Below, piece by piece: positions 32,491-44,105 of a DNA stretch of 64,000 nucleotides (position 1 is its first letter; each line of letters begins with the position of its first letter). Source of the DNA: an uncultured virus (IMG/VR IMGVR_UViG_2852309159_000005) (lineage: Duplodnaviria > Heunggongvirae > Uroviricota > Caudoviricetes); the IMG/VR virus record IMGVR_UViG_2852309159_000005, positions 1 through 64,000 of that record; one strand, 5' to 3'. Made by a program: the position numbers and the translations under genes. The notes below the pieces were generated by a model. That model was not told the origin of the DNA. It saw only the letters and a list, made by a program, of their open reading frames with translations, and did no database searches.

Positions 32491-33648
32491 ATGTTGGTAT
32501 CTTTTGGTGCGAAGAACTTTGCAAGTTTTAAAGAGGGGTTCGATATCTCATTTAGATTTGGTAACGCTTGTCCTGAGCAGATATCACAAGGTAAAAGTAT
32601 TAGTAATATTATTTGTGTCAAAGGGGCTAATGGTGCTGGAAAAACAAATATTTTAAAAGCATTAAATTTTATTTCTTCTTTCATATCTCGTTCATTTGAT
32701 ATAAAACCAGATAGTCATATTCTTTTTGATTCATACTTCTCATCCATAACACCATCAGAGTTTTATGTATCGTTTATTATTGGTGATATTTTATATACGT
32801 ACGAGGCGATACTCACTGATAAAAAGGTAATAAATGAAAAATTATATAGAAAAATAAATAGGGAAGTTTTGGTTCTAGAAAGAGATGAGAATGAAATAAA
32901 GTATATTCATAAAGATTTTTCTGAACTAGAGAAGATTCCAGTATTAAGAAGTAATGTTTCAATAATTAGCATGGCCCGTCAATTTGGACTTGGATCTGTA
33001 TCTGATATTTGGTTATTTTTTACAGGTATAATGTCAAATGTTTCTTATTCTGGCTTAATGATGGATGCTTTTGAGTTAGATAAAATAAATGAACTAATGC
33101 ATTCAAATAAAGAATTATTGAGTTTTACCAAAAGATTTGTATCAAAGTTTGATCCATCTATTAAAGATATTTTTATAAAAGAAAGTGAAACAACAGTTCT
33201 TTTGACAGGAAGTAATAAAAAGACATTTGACCCTTGGTTCGTTTATGATGTAGATGGAGAGGTGGAGTTTCTTTCATTTCATAACCAGTCGAGTGGGACA
33301 AAATCTTTATATAAGCAATCATTGCTTTATTATTTTGTTATAGAGCATGGTTCCGTACTTGTGATGGATGAATTTGATATAAATTTACATCCACATATAT
33401 TACCACATCTTATAGATTTCTTTTTAGACGAAGACATAAATAAGAACAACGCACAGTTGTTGTTTACAACTCATAATACTGAAATATTAGATATTTTAGG
33501 AAGATATAGAACGTATTTAGTAAATAAAGATGGTACTGAAAGTTTTTGCTACCGATTAGATGAAATAAAGGGAGATATCATCAGGAACGATCGCTCAATA
33601 GCTAAAGTTTATAACCAGGGAAAAATAGGAGGAGTTCCTAGGTTATGA
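32491..33648 (+). CDS. ABC-type AAA_21 (RloA/AbiEii-like) ATPase, low-GC moron
   Basis: Walker A GANGAGKT, signature SSGT, Walker B VMDE-FDINLHP, H-loop FTTH, C-terminal YNQGKIGGVP. Confidence 0.88.
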   Translation: MLVSFGAKNFASFKEGFDISFRFGNACPEQISQGKSISNIICVKGANGAGKTNILKALNFISSFISRSFDIKPDSHILFDSYFSSITPSEFYVSFIIGDILYTYEAILTDKKVINEKLYRKINREVLVLERDENEIKYIHKDFSELEKIPVLRSNVSIISMARQFGLGSVSDIWLFFTGIMSNVSYSGLMMDAFELDKINELMHSNKELLSFTKRFVSKFDPSIKDIFIKESETTVLLTGSNKKTFDPWFVYDVDGEVEFLSFHNQSSGTKSLYKQSLLYYFVIEHGSVLVMDEFDINLHPHILPHLIDFFLDEDINKNNAQLLFTTHNTEILDILGRYRTYLVNKDGTESFCYRLDEIKGDIIRNDRSIAKVYNQGKIGGVPRL

Positions 33649-34154
33649 GCAGAAAATTCAGTAACTCAAAGACAGATAAATACCTCGATACTTTATCGCA
33701 ATATATCAGTTTAGATAATGACGATTGTGATTTATCAAAACGTTCGAAATTTAATTTTTCCTATTTTTGTGATGACCAGAAATGTGCTTGCTCAATTGAT
33801 GAGTGGGGAGGAGATAATTCATCGGCGTTTCTGAAAAAATTAATAGAACTTAGTAAACACTCTTTGTTGGATTTAAGGCGGCTGCCAATTGGCAGTGGTA
33901 GAAAGCGGCGTAATATTCTTGAAGTTTATCAGCAATATCCTAGCCATAGTAATTTTTCTCGCCCAGTACATGTACCTCATCAGGCTGAATGGGCTAGAAT
34001 TAGACTAGATAGTGCAACCCGACTAATAGGATTTGTATTACCAGATGATTATCATGGAGCCCATCATCAAGTAACATCATATCAATATGATAAAAATACA
34101 TTTTATGTTGTTTTTATAGATAAAAATCATAATTTCTATCCAACAAAAAAATAA
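33645..34154 (+). CDS. Putative RelE-fold (MAG6450-like) effector coupled to the ATPase
   Basis: ATGA overlap; KFNFSYF...RLIGF...FYVVFIDKNHNFYP; terminator at 34165-34186. Confidence 0.6.
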   Translation: MSRKFSNSKTDKYLDTLSQYISLDNDDCDLSKRSKFNFSYFCDDQKCACSIDEWGGDNSSAFLKKLIELSKHSLLDLRRLPIGSGRKRRNILEVYQQYPSHSNFSRPVHVPHQAEWARIRLDSATRLIGFVLPDDYHGAHHQVTSYQYDKNTFYVVFIDKNHNFYPTKK

Positions 34155-34320
34155 GTTAAAACTAACCCACTCCGGTGGGTTTTTTGTTGTCTGAATCTCA
34201 TGGCTTATTGATATTATTTGATTATTCTAAATTAGAATAACGGAGCCACAAAAATTTTGTATTCAAATATTGAGCGGTAAAAATATTTTACCGCTATCTA
34301 GCTCGTACTTGGCTGGGTGG

Positions 34321-35007
34321 TTAGTTTTTAGGTTTGTCTCTATTTTCTGCTGCTTGGCGTGGGCCTTCTGGTAGCGACCCGAACATATTATCAACTTCTT
34401 TTGGTTCGGTGATGCCTTGCTGAACAATCATATTGATGAGTGCGAAAAGCTTAAATGAGACATCATCAAAATCATCATCGCTGATAGTACCAGGGTGAAC
34501 GGCATTGTTGCCAACGATGCGAATGATATCGGCGGATCTGATTAGCTTTTTCGATACCAGTTCATCTTCGGCTAATTTAGCTAAATCGGCATTGATGTTT
34601 TTACCTTCACCGCCAAGATGCATACAAAGTTTCTGTAATCCTAAGCGGAGAAGGGCTACGGCGCCACGTGGAGACTTCTGGTAGATGCTAGCAGCTTCAA
34701 GGTAATCTTTTTTAATCTCATCAGGCATATCGTCAGATGGCTGGGGCGCTCGAATCGCGAATGGATAAACCATGCTTCCTTGATAATAAATATTCCCTTC
34801 TTGGTCTGTTCTGGAATTGGTGATACTCCACATTGCTATCTGCTTGCATCTTACGCATACAGATATTAGAGCATCATCGAAATATTTTCTGCCTGTATAT
34901 CGATTTCCATCAATCAAAGTGGAAAAGTTCATATGTGCAAATGCGTTGCAATGAGGGCATGTAAAAGCATCCGTATTTAGAGCTGGTGCAGTATAGGTGT
35001 TCATCAA
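34321..35007 (-). CDS. DUF4145 (HEPN-like) protein with Zn ribbon
   Basis: CPHC...CVRC; DYLEAASI..SPRGAVALLRL; RIVGNNAVH (Rx4-6H-like). Confidence 0.85.
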   Translation of the reverse strand: MMNTYTAPALNTDAFTCPHCNAFAHMNFSTLIDGNRYTGRKYFDDALISVCVRCKQIAMWSITNSRTDQEGNIYYQGSMVYPFAIRAPQPSDDMPDEIKKDYLEAASIYQKSPRGAVALLRLGLQKLCMHLGGEGKNINADLAKLAEDELVSKKLIRSADIIRIVGNNAVHPGTISDDDFDDVSFKLFALINMIVQQGITEPKEVDNMFGSLPEGPRQAAENRDKPKN

Positions 35008-35013
35008 ACATCC

Positions 35014-35469
35014 TTATTTATCAGTTGGTGTGTTGTTTTTATCTGATATACCAATCAAAAAGCCATTATTATCAATGGTTCTTTCTGAAACCTCGTAGCC
35101 TAATTTTTTTAGCTGTTCAAATGTAGGGCTTAGAATGGCGAAAAAATCCTCTTCATCAAGGATCTCTAGCTCTAAGTCGCTAAGAGAAACACAAAACTCA
35201 GTGTGTCCAATGCGCGCCTTTTTGTTTATCTCTGCAAATGTTCTTTTAAGAATCACACCAGATAGCTCTTCTCTTGCTTTTTTAGCTATCTGAACAACAT
35301 CTTTAGCTGAAATTAATTCATCAGTGTTGACTTCATTAAGAAAACTTATTTCCAGCCTTTGAACTATTTCTGCATTCATAGAACGAGTGTTTTCTTTAGC
35401 AGATAACTCTATTTTTTCTTTTAATTCAATAGGTAGCCTAATACGTAATTGCGGATCTTCTCTGCTCAT
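35014..35469 (-). CDS. Arc/Mnt-family repressor
   Basis: MSREDPQLRIRLP...RSMNAEIVQRL. Confidence 0.9.
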   Translation of the reverse strand: MSREDPQLRIRLPIELKEKIELSAKENTRSMNAEIVQRLEISFLNEVNTDELISAKDVVQIAKKAREELSGVILKRTFAEINKKARIGHTEFCVSLSDLELEILDEEDFFAILSPTFEQLKKLGYEVSERTIDNNGFLIGISDKNNTPTDK

Positions 35470-35510
35470 GATGAATTCCAGTTTTCGTAATGAAAATAAT
35501 TACAAAATTA

Positions 35511-35577
35511 TGCCCCACTGTGGGGTTGACTTCAATGACGCACGGTGTGACAATGGTTTTGCCCCACATTGAGGCAT
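35511..35577. promoter_or_regulatory. Three related palindromic operators between the divergent Arc-family genes
   Basis: TGCCCCACTGTGGGGT, TGACGCACGGTGTGACA, TGCCCCACATTGAGGCA. Confidence 0.65.
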
Positions 35578-35598
35578 CAAAGAATTAAGGATGAAATA

Positions 35599-35775
35599 AT
35601 GCAAAAAGCAAAAGATATGTATCAGAAGAAAATTAGATTCCCAGAGGATGTGTGCAAGGCAATTCAAGCTAACGGGGATTTAGAGTGTAGAAAATTTAAT
35701 ACGGAGATTATTTATCAACTAAGGAAAGCTTACGGATTGATAGAAAGTAAAAACCCCAGTTGCACGAACAACTGA
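35599..35775 (+). CDS. Arc-like DNA-binding protein
   Basis: KIRFPEDV...RKFNTEIIYQLRKAYG. Confidence 0.75.
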   Translation: MQKAKDMYQKKIRFPEDVCKAIQANGDLECRKFNTEIIYQLRKAYGLIESKNPSCTNN

Positions 35776-35816
35776 GGCTTTACATCAAATAAACTCTTTG
35801 GGCGAGAATAAATGAC

Positions 35817-36389
35817 ATGAACAGTATAACCAAGAATGATCTTACTTTCCAGAACTTCACATTCAACCCTATCGTTGAAAATGGGCAAGTGTGGTTGACA
35901 TCAACTGAAATTGCACAGGTATTAGGTTATAGCCGTACTGATAGTGTAAGTAAATTGTACTCACGTAATTCAGATGAGTTTACGGACTCTATGACAATGA
36001 CCGTCAATATGACGTTCAACGGGATAAACAATAGCTTACGTAATAAATTGGTCAGAGTTTACTCACTTCGTGGCGCACACCTGATCGCAATGTTCGCATC
36101 CACTCCAGTAGCTAAAGAGTTCCGTAAATGGGTGCTGGATATTCTGGATAGAGAAGTAGCTGACAAGAAAGACTTACCAATAGAAAAAGATAGTTCGGTA
36201 AGTGCAAACGGATTATTAGCAAGATTAAGTCTGATTTGTACAACATGGGATGAAGCTAGAAAGGATATTGAGAACTTTGATCCGAAAATGGCGAAACGTC
36301 TTAATTCAACAATGAGTATGTTTTTAATGTACTCACAACACATGAAAGGAATAGCTAAGACAAAACAAGTTAGGAGATTAACACATTGA
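35817..36389 (+). CDS. Bro-N antirepressor
   Basis: VWLTSTEIAQVLGY...YSLRGAHLIAMF...AKEFRKWVLD. Confidence 0.85.
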   Translation: MNSITKNDLTFQNFTFNPIVENGQVWLTSTEIAQVLGYSRTDSVSKLYSRNSDEFTDSMTMTVNMTFNGINNSLRNKLVRVYSLRGAHLIAMFASTPVAKEFRKWVLDILDREVADKKDLPIEKDSSVSANGLLARLSLICTTWDEARKDIENFDPKMAKRLNSTMSMFLMYSQHMKGIAKTKQVRRLTH

Positions 36390-36466
36390 TAGGCACTAAA
36401 AACAGAAAAGCCAACAGGTGCGAACTGCTGGCTAATCCCAAACAAAACCAAAAAGGAAATGTTTCA

Positions 36467-37261
36467 ATGAACGATTTAACTTTAGCATCACATGAAACAA
36501 ATGTCACTATGTCAAGTCGTGAGATTGCAGAATTAACAGGAAAGGCTCACCATCACGTAGTTCGTGACATTGAGAAAATGTTTATGGAACTAGATTTTAA
36601 TTATCCAAAAACGGATGATTATGTTTCTAAAGAGTTTTTTATTAAGCGTAAAAATTACAAGGGTCGTTCTGTTATTGATGAAATAGGATTAGACCAAGAT
36701 CTTACAATGACGTTAATGACTGGATACAGTGTTCCATTGCGCCATAAAGTATCAAAACGCTGGAGGGAGCTTGAGTCAGGGAAAGCAACACCAATTGTTG
36801 CACTTAATGACCCTGAATTCTTGCGTTCTGCTTTATTAAATTACACTGAAAAAGTATTAGCGCTTGAATCATCAAATAAAGAGCTAACAAATAAAGTCGA
36901 GTGTATGTCTAACTTGTTCAAAGAAGGCATGACACCGACTCAATTTTGTAAAATGCTTAACGGTGTAAATACTCAACAAGTTCAAATGTGGTTAGCTGAA
37001 CGCAACTGGTTATTTAACGAAAGCAGGTCAGGTAAAAATATTCGCTGGCGTGTTGCTTCATACGCTCGTGATAAATACATGACAGAAAACCAGAGTGAAA
37101 TTAATCCACATGGTCACGAGCCTTTTATTAAGTATCAACCAGTTTTATTAAAGAAAGGTGCTAAACGCCTTTATGATCTCTATCTTGCTGGTGAACTACC
37201 AATGAAAAAGAACTGGGATGGATTATTTACTCATGACAAGGAATTCAAAGAAGTAGCTTAA
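36467..37261 (+). CDS. Rha/KilA-C antirepressor
   Basis: TMSSREIAELTGKAHHHVVRDI...RWRELE; C-terminal ANT-like domain. Confidence 0.85.
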   Translation: MNDLTLASHETNVTMSSREIAELTGKAHHHVVRDIEKMFMELDFNYPKTDDYVSKEFFIKRKNYKGRSVIDEIGLDQDLTMTLMTGYSVPLRHKVSKRWRELESGKATPIVALNDPEFLRSALLNYTEKVLALESSNKELTNKVECMSNLFKEGMTPTQFCKMLNGVNTQQVQMWLAERNWLFNESRSGKNIRWRVASYARDKYMTENQSEINPHGHEPFIKYQPVLLKKGAKRLYDLYLAGELPMKKNWDGLFTHDKEFKEVA

Positions 37262-37383
37262 TCACCCAAGCCAAGGACGGCTTGTTTGAGATCACACGCC
37301 ACGCCTCTTAACTGAGGCTTTTTGCTTTTCTTTGCACCACAAACAGCTAAACTAATAACAAATTAACTAACGAGGATGGTGTT

Positions 37384-37797
37384 GTGGATATAAAAATAGA
37401 TATTGCACCAAATGAGCTTTATCAAATTATAGAAAATAAAGACGGAGTTGTAACATATTTTGCAAATAGAGATAGGATTAGAGAGCTAATCGTTGATAAA
37501 GAAAAACAAACTATATTAGCTGAGTCTCAAGGCATTGATAGGATGATGTTTAACAATGACTATATGGATAAATTCAACTTATTGATAGTTAATGAGCCAG
37601 TAGAAGCTCAAGCTAATATCTATGAAGTATTCGCTCAAGAATTAGAAATAATTACAAATAGAATAAACAAAGAGACGGAAAGCATCATCCAAGAAACAGA
37701 AAAAATGAATAAGAATGCAGAAAATATTGGGAAAGTTATTGGGGCTGTATTGTTAGGTTGCGCTACATTCTTTATTCTTTACATGATCAATAATTAA
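37384..37797 (+). CDS. Moron protein with C-terminal TM helix
   Basis: Low GC, own RBS, terminator at ~37824-37848; VIGAVLLGCATFFILYMI. Confidence 0.65.
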   Translation: MDIKIDIAPNELYQIIENKDGVVTYFANRDRIRELIVDKEKQTILAESQGIDRMMFNNDYMDKFNLLIVNEPVEAQANIYEVFAQELEIITNRINKETESIIQETEKMNKNAENIGKVIGAVLLGCATFFILYMINN

Positions 37798-37867
37798 TTT
37801 ATAAGCCACACATTAATCAAAGTAACCCTGCCAATCGGCGGGGTTTTTCATTTTAAGGAGCCGATAA

Positions 37868-40800
37868 ATGGCAAATGTAGGCGAAATTGTTTATCAAGTT
37901 CAAATGGATGTTGAGCAACTGCTAACATCTCAGCGTCAGTTAGAGCAACGTCTTAATCGTATGGATAGTAGCTTTAATCGAACGTCTCAGTCGGTAAATA
38001 ATACTGAGCGCTCAATGTTATCTTTATCCAAGGTTGCTGCATCACTTGCCGGCTATCTATCAGCTTCAATGGTTGCTAGTTACTCCGAAGCATGGACTGA
38101 GTTAAACAACAAATTATCTAACTCTGTTCGTGCAAGTGAGTCACTTATTGATGTTACTCAACGAGTATTTGATATCTCTCAAGCAACGCGATCTAGTCTT
38201 GATGCCACAGCAACACTCTACGCACGATTAGAGCGAGGGACGAGAGAATACAATACATCAGCAGAAGACTTAGCAAAATTAACATCCATCATTAACCAAG
38301 GTTTTATCGTATCTGGTGCTACTGCGCAGGAAGCAGAAAACGCCATCATTCAGCTATCACAAGGTATCGCTTCCGGGGTTCTCCGTGGTGAGGAATTTAA
38401 CTCAGTAGCAGAGCAGGGTAGCCGTTTGATGGTTGCGCTTGCTGACTCAATGGGTGTTGGTATTGGTCAGCTGCGCAAGATGGCTGCGGAAGGTAAACTA
38501 ACTACTGATGTTGTTGTGAAAGGATTGCTCTCTCAGGGTGATGCAATCGGTAAAGAGTTTGCTAAAACAACTCGAACAATGTCACAGGCATTTCAAGAGG
38601 CAGGGAACAACTTAACCAAGTTTCTTGGTGAAAACACAACAATAAAGACATCTATTAACGTATTCAGTGATGCTGTAATTACTGTTAGTAAAAAGTTTGG
38701 ATGAACTTAGTTCCGTCTTGACAGTAATCGCTGCGGTGGTTGGTTCAAGATATGTTGGCGCATTAGCTATGGCTACCAAGTCAAAAATTATGATGGCAGC
38801 AGCTTCTCGTCAAGAGTCAGTCGCCCACGCTGCAATCAGCGAAAGCCAGCGAGTATGCTGCAAATATGTCGGTCAGAAAGGCCCAGGCAGATTTAGCTTC
38901 TGCCAGATCGGCCGTTGCTCTCGCTCAAGCAGAGTATAACGTTGCGAAGGGAACTTTAGCGGAAGCAACTGCACTTGATAACTTAATTGCTAAAAAAACA
39001 TTGGCTTCAAAAGCTGCAATAACATTAACTCAAGCAACCCAAGCGCAAACGGCAGCAATGGCAAACTCAGCAGCGGCGGCAAGGTCAGCGTCATTGTCCA
39101 TGGGTTTATTGCGTGGAGCTATGGGAATGTTAGGCGGTCCTGCTGGTGTGGCTATGTTAGCTGGTGCTGCTATATATTACTTTTATCAACAGTCAAAAGA
39201 AGCTAGAGAAGAATCAAATAAGTTTGCTGACGACATAAGAGGTCTTACTGAGGAGTATGAAAAATTCTCTAGAGCAGCAAAAGAAGCGGCTATAGTTGAG
39301 GCTAAAAAACACTTAGAAGTCGCTGATGAAGAAGCTGCAAAACTTAAGTACACGATCAGTTTGATTGAAAAAGAGATTAAAGAATTAAATGATGGATTTG
39401 ATTTATTTGGGGTAAATGCTGATAAGTCAGCTAAATTTACAGACCAACTAAAAACAGCTGTTGCTAATTTAGAAAAGCAAGAGGAAAGAAGGGGTAATAT
39501 TCTCTATAAAATAGAGATGATGCAGTCTGATTTAAATGGAACATTAAAACAAGGAGCAGATCTTCTGCAGAGAGAGTCATCCATATTGCCAAACGCTAAA
39601 GATGCTTGGAATGCTTATGGTTTCTCTATCGAGCGTGCAACCAGACAAAAGAAAGAATTTAATGCACAAAGCTTAATAATGGAGTGGTCAGACAAAGGTC
39701 TTGACTTGAGAAAATCTCTAGAGAGAGAAGCTAAATTAGCTAACGCAAAAAGTGAGATTGACAAAAGAAAGCTACAAGTTGAGTTTTACGCAGAAGATAA
39801 TGGATTGTCAGAGCAAGAGGTAGCATCATTAAATCAATATGCTATAGCTGCACAAGAAGCTCAAGATGCCGCAGCCGAACGCAACAAAACGACCAAGGAA
39901 TCAACCAAAGCCACAGACGCAGCATATGAGGCACTAAAGCGCCAGAGAGAAGAAATTGAGCTTTTAAACAAAGGTTATAAAGATGGTTCTCTTGAAATGG
40001 CTAAGTATGATGCTGTTAAAGCATTGGGTGACAAAGCATCTCCTAAACAGATTGAAAAAGCGGAGCAACTCGCAGAAGAAAAATACAACATTGAGCGTAA
40101 TCTAGCAGATAAGAAAGCCGCGCTTGAGCTTGATTTGGTTGCTAAGGCTAAGGAATCTCACGATAAGCAGTTGGCAGACTTAGAGCGGATAACAAAAGAT
40201 GATGTATCTCTCACTGAACAGGCAGCAAGGCGTAAAGCTGAAATTGAGGCGGAATATCAACAGAAGATAGCCGAAATAAAGGCTAATAACGCTGTCTCAC
40301 CGCAAGATGACATCAAAGGGAAAGTAGACCCTGTTCAGCAACTCAAAAACGAACACGAACGTAAACTTGCACTTATAAAAGAGTACGAAAACCAAAAGGT
40401 TTTAACTCAACAGCAAAGTTTAGAGTTAATGAATGCCGCTAATACTCAATATGAGCAAGACCGGTTAAATGCTCAATGGGAGATATGGCGTAATCAAAGT
40501 CAAGCTAATCAATTCTTAGCTGATGGGTTGGACGCATTAGGACAACGCTCTACTAACGTACTCACGGGGCTATTAACAGGCACACAATCCCTTAATGATG
40601 CTTTCCGTAATGTCGCATTAACCATTGTAGACCAAGCCGTTGGCGCTCTGGTTCAAATGGGTATGCAACAGGTTAAGAATATGGTTACTGAAAGTGCCAT
40701 GCGTAAGGCTTCCAATGCACAAGCTATAGCGGAGGCTACAACTACTGGCGCAGCAATCACAAATGCTATGGCTTCCGGCGGCAGCGACAACCAGTATTGC

Positions 40801-41209
40801 CACTATGGGCTCTGCTGCTACATGGGGTATGGCAGCAATGGCAACAGCTATTCCCGCTATGATTGGCGCTTGCTGGCGCTCGTAAAAATGGCGGGCCCCG
40901 TAAATGCTGGCTCTATGTATCGAGTGGGTGAAGGTGGTAAGCCTGAGATATTCAAAGCATCGAACGGTAATCAGTACATGATACCGGGTGATAATGGTCG
41001 AGTTATTAGCAATCGACAAATGGGTAAAGGTTGGTAATGGGTGTCAGCATGGGTGATATGAACTTTACATTCCAAGTTTCAAGCGCCTAATGGCATCACT
41101 CAAAAGGAAGCACAACAGATACAGCAAATGGTAAGAGGTACGGTTTATGACGTACTTGGTAACGAAATGCGTAGCGGTGGTGCTTTGGAAAAAAGTAAGA
41201 AGTTGGTAA
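37868..41209 (+). CDS. Prophage tape measure protein (several indels)
   Basis: QLSQGIASGVLRGEEFNSVAEQ N-terminal tape-measure domain; C-terminal YRVGEGGKPE; fragments 37868-38704, 38697-38939, 38866-41037. Confidence 0.9.
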
Positions 41210-41410
41210 TTAAGAGAGGTAGTTATGAGTAATCAAGATTTAGAAGCGTTAGTTAGTACGTTATCAGCACAAGTGGTACAGCAAGGGCAACAAATTGCAG
41301 AGTTACAAAAACAGCTCGCGGATATGCAATTAACGAGCTGTGATGGTGATCATATGAGGGCTTATATTGAACCACATGACTAAAATGAATGATGCATTTT
41401 CAACTAAATC

Positions 41411-41695
41411 TTAGTTTTTTTGTGTAGACTTAACTATATTTACTGCCGCGTCATACGCTCCAACTATTGACGGGTCATGACTGACACCAATCTCAGGAAG
41501 GGTATCGAGCCTTAGTTGAAGATGTTTAATGATATGATTAGATACAGCTTTATCTTCTCCTTCTTTTTTTGTGATTGTGTCTAAAACCTTTATAATTTCT
41601 TGTAAAATAACGAGGCTAGTAAGATCACCCTTAAGGATTTTTTGGTTAGTATTAAGCGATTCGTTTAGCACTTTTTTTAATATCGTATTCTTCAC
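41411..41695 (-). CDS. Small antisense moron between the TMP and tail M genes
   Basis: ORF convergent with a short + strand ORF (41225-41413). Confidence 0.5.
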   Translation of the reverse strand: MKNTILKKVLNESLNTNQKILKGDLTSLVILQEIIKVLDTITKKEGEDKAVSNHIIKHLQLRLDTLPEIGVSHDPSIVGAYDAAVNIVKSTQKN

Positions 41696-41845
41696 TCATT
41701 TTTATTCCCTCACACCGAAGTAAGTCAGCCATTCCTTCGGCAAGTTTCTCTGGGCTGAATATATAAAATAACCTAATGGATATTTATTAATATCCTGATA
41801 TTTGATCAGGCGGCTTTGTGTCGCCTTTTTTTATTGGAGTAACCA

Positions 41846-42178
41846 ATGGAAGAGTTTAAATGGCGACCTGAAACAGCTTTATCAGGTGGGTAATGAGCCT
41901 AAAGTGAAAGTAGCCAAGTTTGGTAACGGTTACGAACAAAGAGTCAAAGACGGGATCAACAACCAACTAAAGACTTATCAACTCTCATTTATTAAAACAT
42001 GCTGATATTGGGAAACAGATTGATGAGTTTCTTAAGGCTAGAGGTGCAGTTGAATCATTCTTATGGCTAACCAGTGATGATAACTCTAAACGTAAATTTG
42101 TTTGCCGTAGCTGGCAGGTAACACCAAGAGCGACGGTGTGGCAGATAGACTGCAACATTTGAGGAGGTTGTTGCATGA
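41846..42178 (+). CDS. Minor tail protein M (frameshifted)
   Basis: EPKVKVAKFGNGYEQRVKDGIN. Confidence 0.85.
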
Positions 42179-42878
42179 GGGATATACCTCAAGAGATGCG
42201 CATAGATGTTGCAGATTTACAGCAAAATGCAATGTTAGATTTGTATGAGGTCCGATTTAAGTCGTTTTGGTGGTGACGTTTTACCGGTTTCATGACGGCA
42301 TGAATGGCTTATTAAAAACCTATTATTTGGCAGGGCTTACGATATGAGCCTTATCCTGTTCAGGTTACAGGGTTTAGTGTAACGGCTCAGGGTGCATCAG
42401 ACAGACCAAAAATGACGTTTGCTAACTTTGACGGAATGTTAACTGCGATTAACAACGACTATGATGATGCGCTAGGCGCTGTTGTTACTCGCAGGCAGGT
42501 TTTAGAGCAATATCTCGATGCTGTTAATTTTCCCAACGGAAACCCCACAAGCAGATCCAACCAGAGAAGCCGTTCAAAAATATGTTATCGAACAGCGAGG
42601 AAAGTTCAGACTCTGATTTTGTGACGTATATATTAGCACTTCCAACAGAAACAGATAACGCCCTGATACCTAGACGGGTTATTCAGGCTGATATCTGCTC
42701 GTGGCGATACAGAGGATTTGATTGTGGTTATGATGGCCCTCCTGTTGCAGATGAAAAAGACCAACCAACAACCGATCCCTTAAAAGACAAATGCTCTCAT
42801 AAATACAGCGGGTGCAAATTAAGACACAAAGGGAATATGCCATTCGGCGGGTATTTAGGATCAAATAAATTAGGTTAA
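42175..42878 (+). CDS. Minor tail protein L (frameshifted)
   Basis: YLDAVNFPNGN; CSWRYRGFDCGY...DKCSHKYSGCKLR...PFGGY. Confidence 0.88.
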
Positions 42879-42881
42879 TCC

Positions 42882-43601
42882 ATGATTGAGAAAGACATTA
42901 TCGCTCACGCGAAAGCGGAAGGAGTGAGGGAGTCTTGCGGCTTAATTTCGGGTGACAGGTATTTCCCTTGCAGAAACATACATCCCGATCCGCAAAACTA
43001 TTTTGAAGTTAACCCAGACGATTGGATGACGGCAGAGTGCTATTCAGAAATCAAAGCTATTGTTCATAGTCACCCTGACGGAAAGCCTTTCCTGAGTTCT
43101 GGCGACAGAACAATACAAAGGAAAACAAATCTGCCTTGGTGGTTGGTATGTGATGTAGAGATCCATAAGTTCAGGCCAATAGCGCCACTGTTAGGTAGAG
43201 AGTTTAAGCATGGTGAGCAGGATTGTTATTCCATTATACGTGATGCCTATCATCTGTCAGGCATTCAGCTAGATGATTTTATTCGTCCCGATGAATGGTG
43301 GTACACAGAACAAAATCTCTATCTTGATAACACGGACAAGCAGGGATTTTATCAAGTAGAAGAGGCTCAAGCAGGCGATATGATATTGATTTGCTTAGGC
43401 ACATCAAAACCTTGTCACGCTGCGTTGTACTTAGGTAATCAAGAGATATTGCATCACAGGCCAGACAGATTGAGTAAGCGAGATACTTACGGTGGTTACT
43501 GGTTTAAATACACGCACAGTATTTGGAGACATAAACAATGGTCAAATTACAGTTTGCAGGCTATTTACGCAGATTTGGACGCAGGTTCGAGCTTGAGGTA
43601 A
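42882..43601 (+). CDS. Tail assembly protein K (JAB plus NlpC/P60)
   Basis: ESCGL, HSHP, GEQDCY, HAALY. Confidence 0.9.
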   Translation: MIEKDIIAHAKAEGVRESCGLISGDRYFPCRNIHPDPQNYFEVNPDDWMTAECYSEIKAIVHSHPDGKPFLSSGDRTIQRKTNLPWWLVCDVEIHKFRPIAPLLGREFKHGEQDCYSIIRDAYHLSGIQLDDFIRPDEWWYTEQNLYLDNTDKQGFYQVEEAQAGDMILICLGTSKPCHAALYLGNQEILHHRPDRLSKRDTYGGYWFKYTHSIWRHKQWSNYSLQAIYADLDAGSSLR

Positions 43602-44105
43602 GTAATGCAGGTGAGGCCTTACGCTGTCTTTTGCTATCAAATTGATGGGTTGAAAAAAGAGATTAATCAAGGTCAGTTTCGCGTTCGTATCGCAGGTAAT
43701 GATATGACCGAGGATAGTATTTCCACGGGATTAAGTGCGCCATTAAATGAAGGTGATGTTATTACAATCGTCCCCATAGTTGGTGGTGCTAAATCAGGCG
43801 GGTGGCTAGGCATTATTGGTGGGGCTGCTTTAATTGGCGCATCGTTTTTAATACCGGGCGGATTTTTGGCAACGATGACATCGACCGCATTATTTGCCGC
43901 GGGTGTAGGTGTGGCCGCCGCGGGATTGGCAACCATGTTAACTAAAACACCGCCAGCGCCAAGCATAGAGGGGCGAAACTCAGAGAGTAACCAGTATTTC
44001 AGTTCGTTATCAAATAGAGTCGGGCAAGGCTATCCGGTTCCTATCTGTTATGGCGAGATGGTTGTGGGTTCAAATGTAATATCACAAGGTTTGGAGACTG
44101 TTTAA
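43538..44105 (+). CDS. Tail assembly protein I (frameshifted)
   Basis: IVPIVGGAK...GQGYPVPICYGEMVVGS. Confidence 0.88.
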
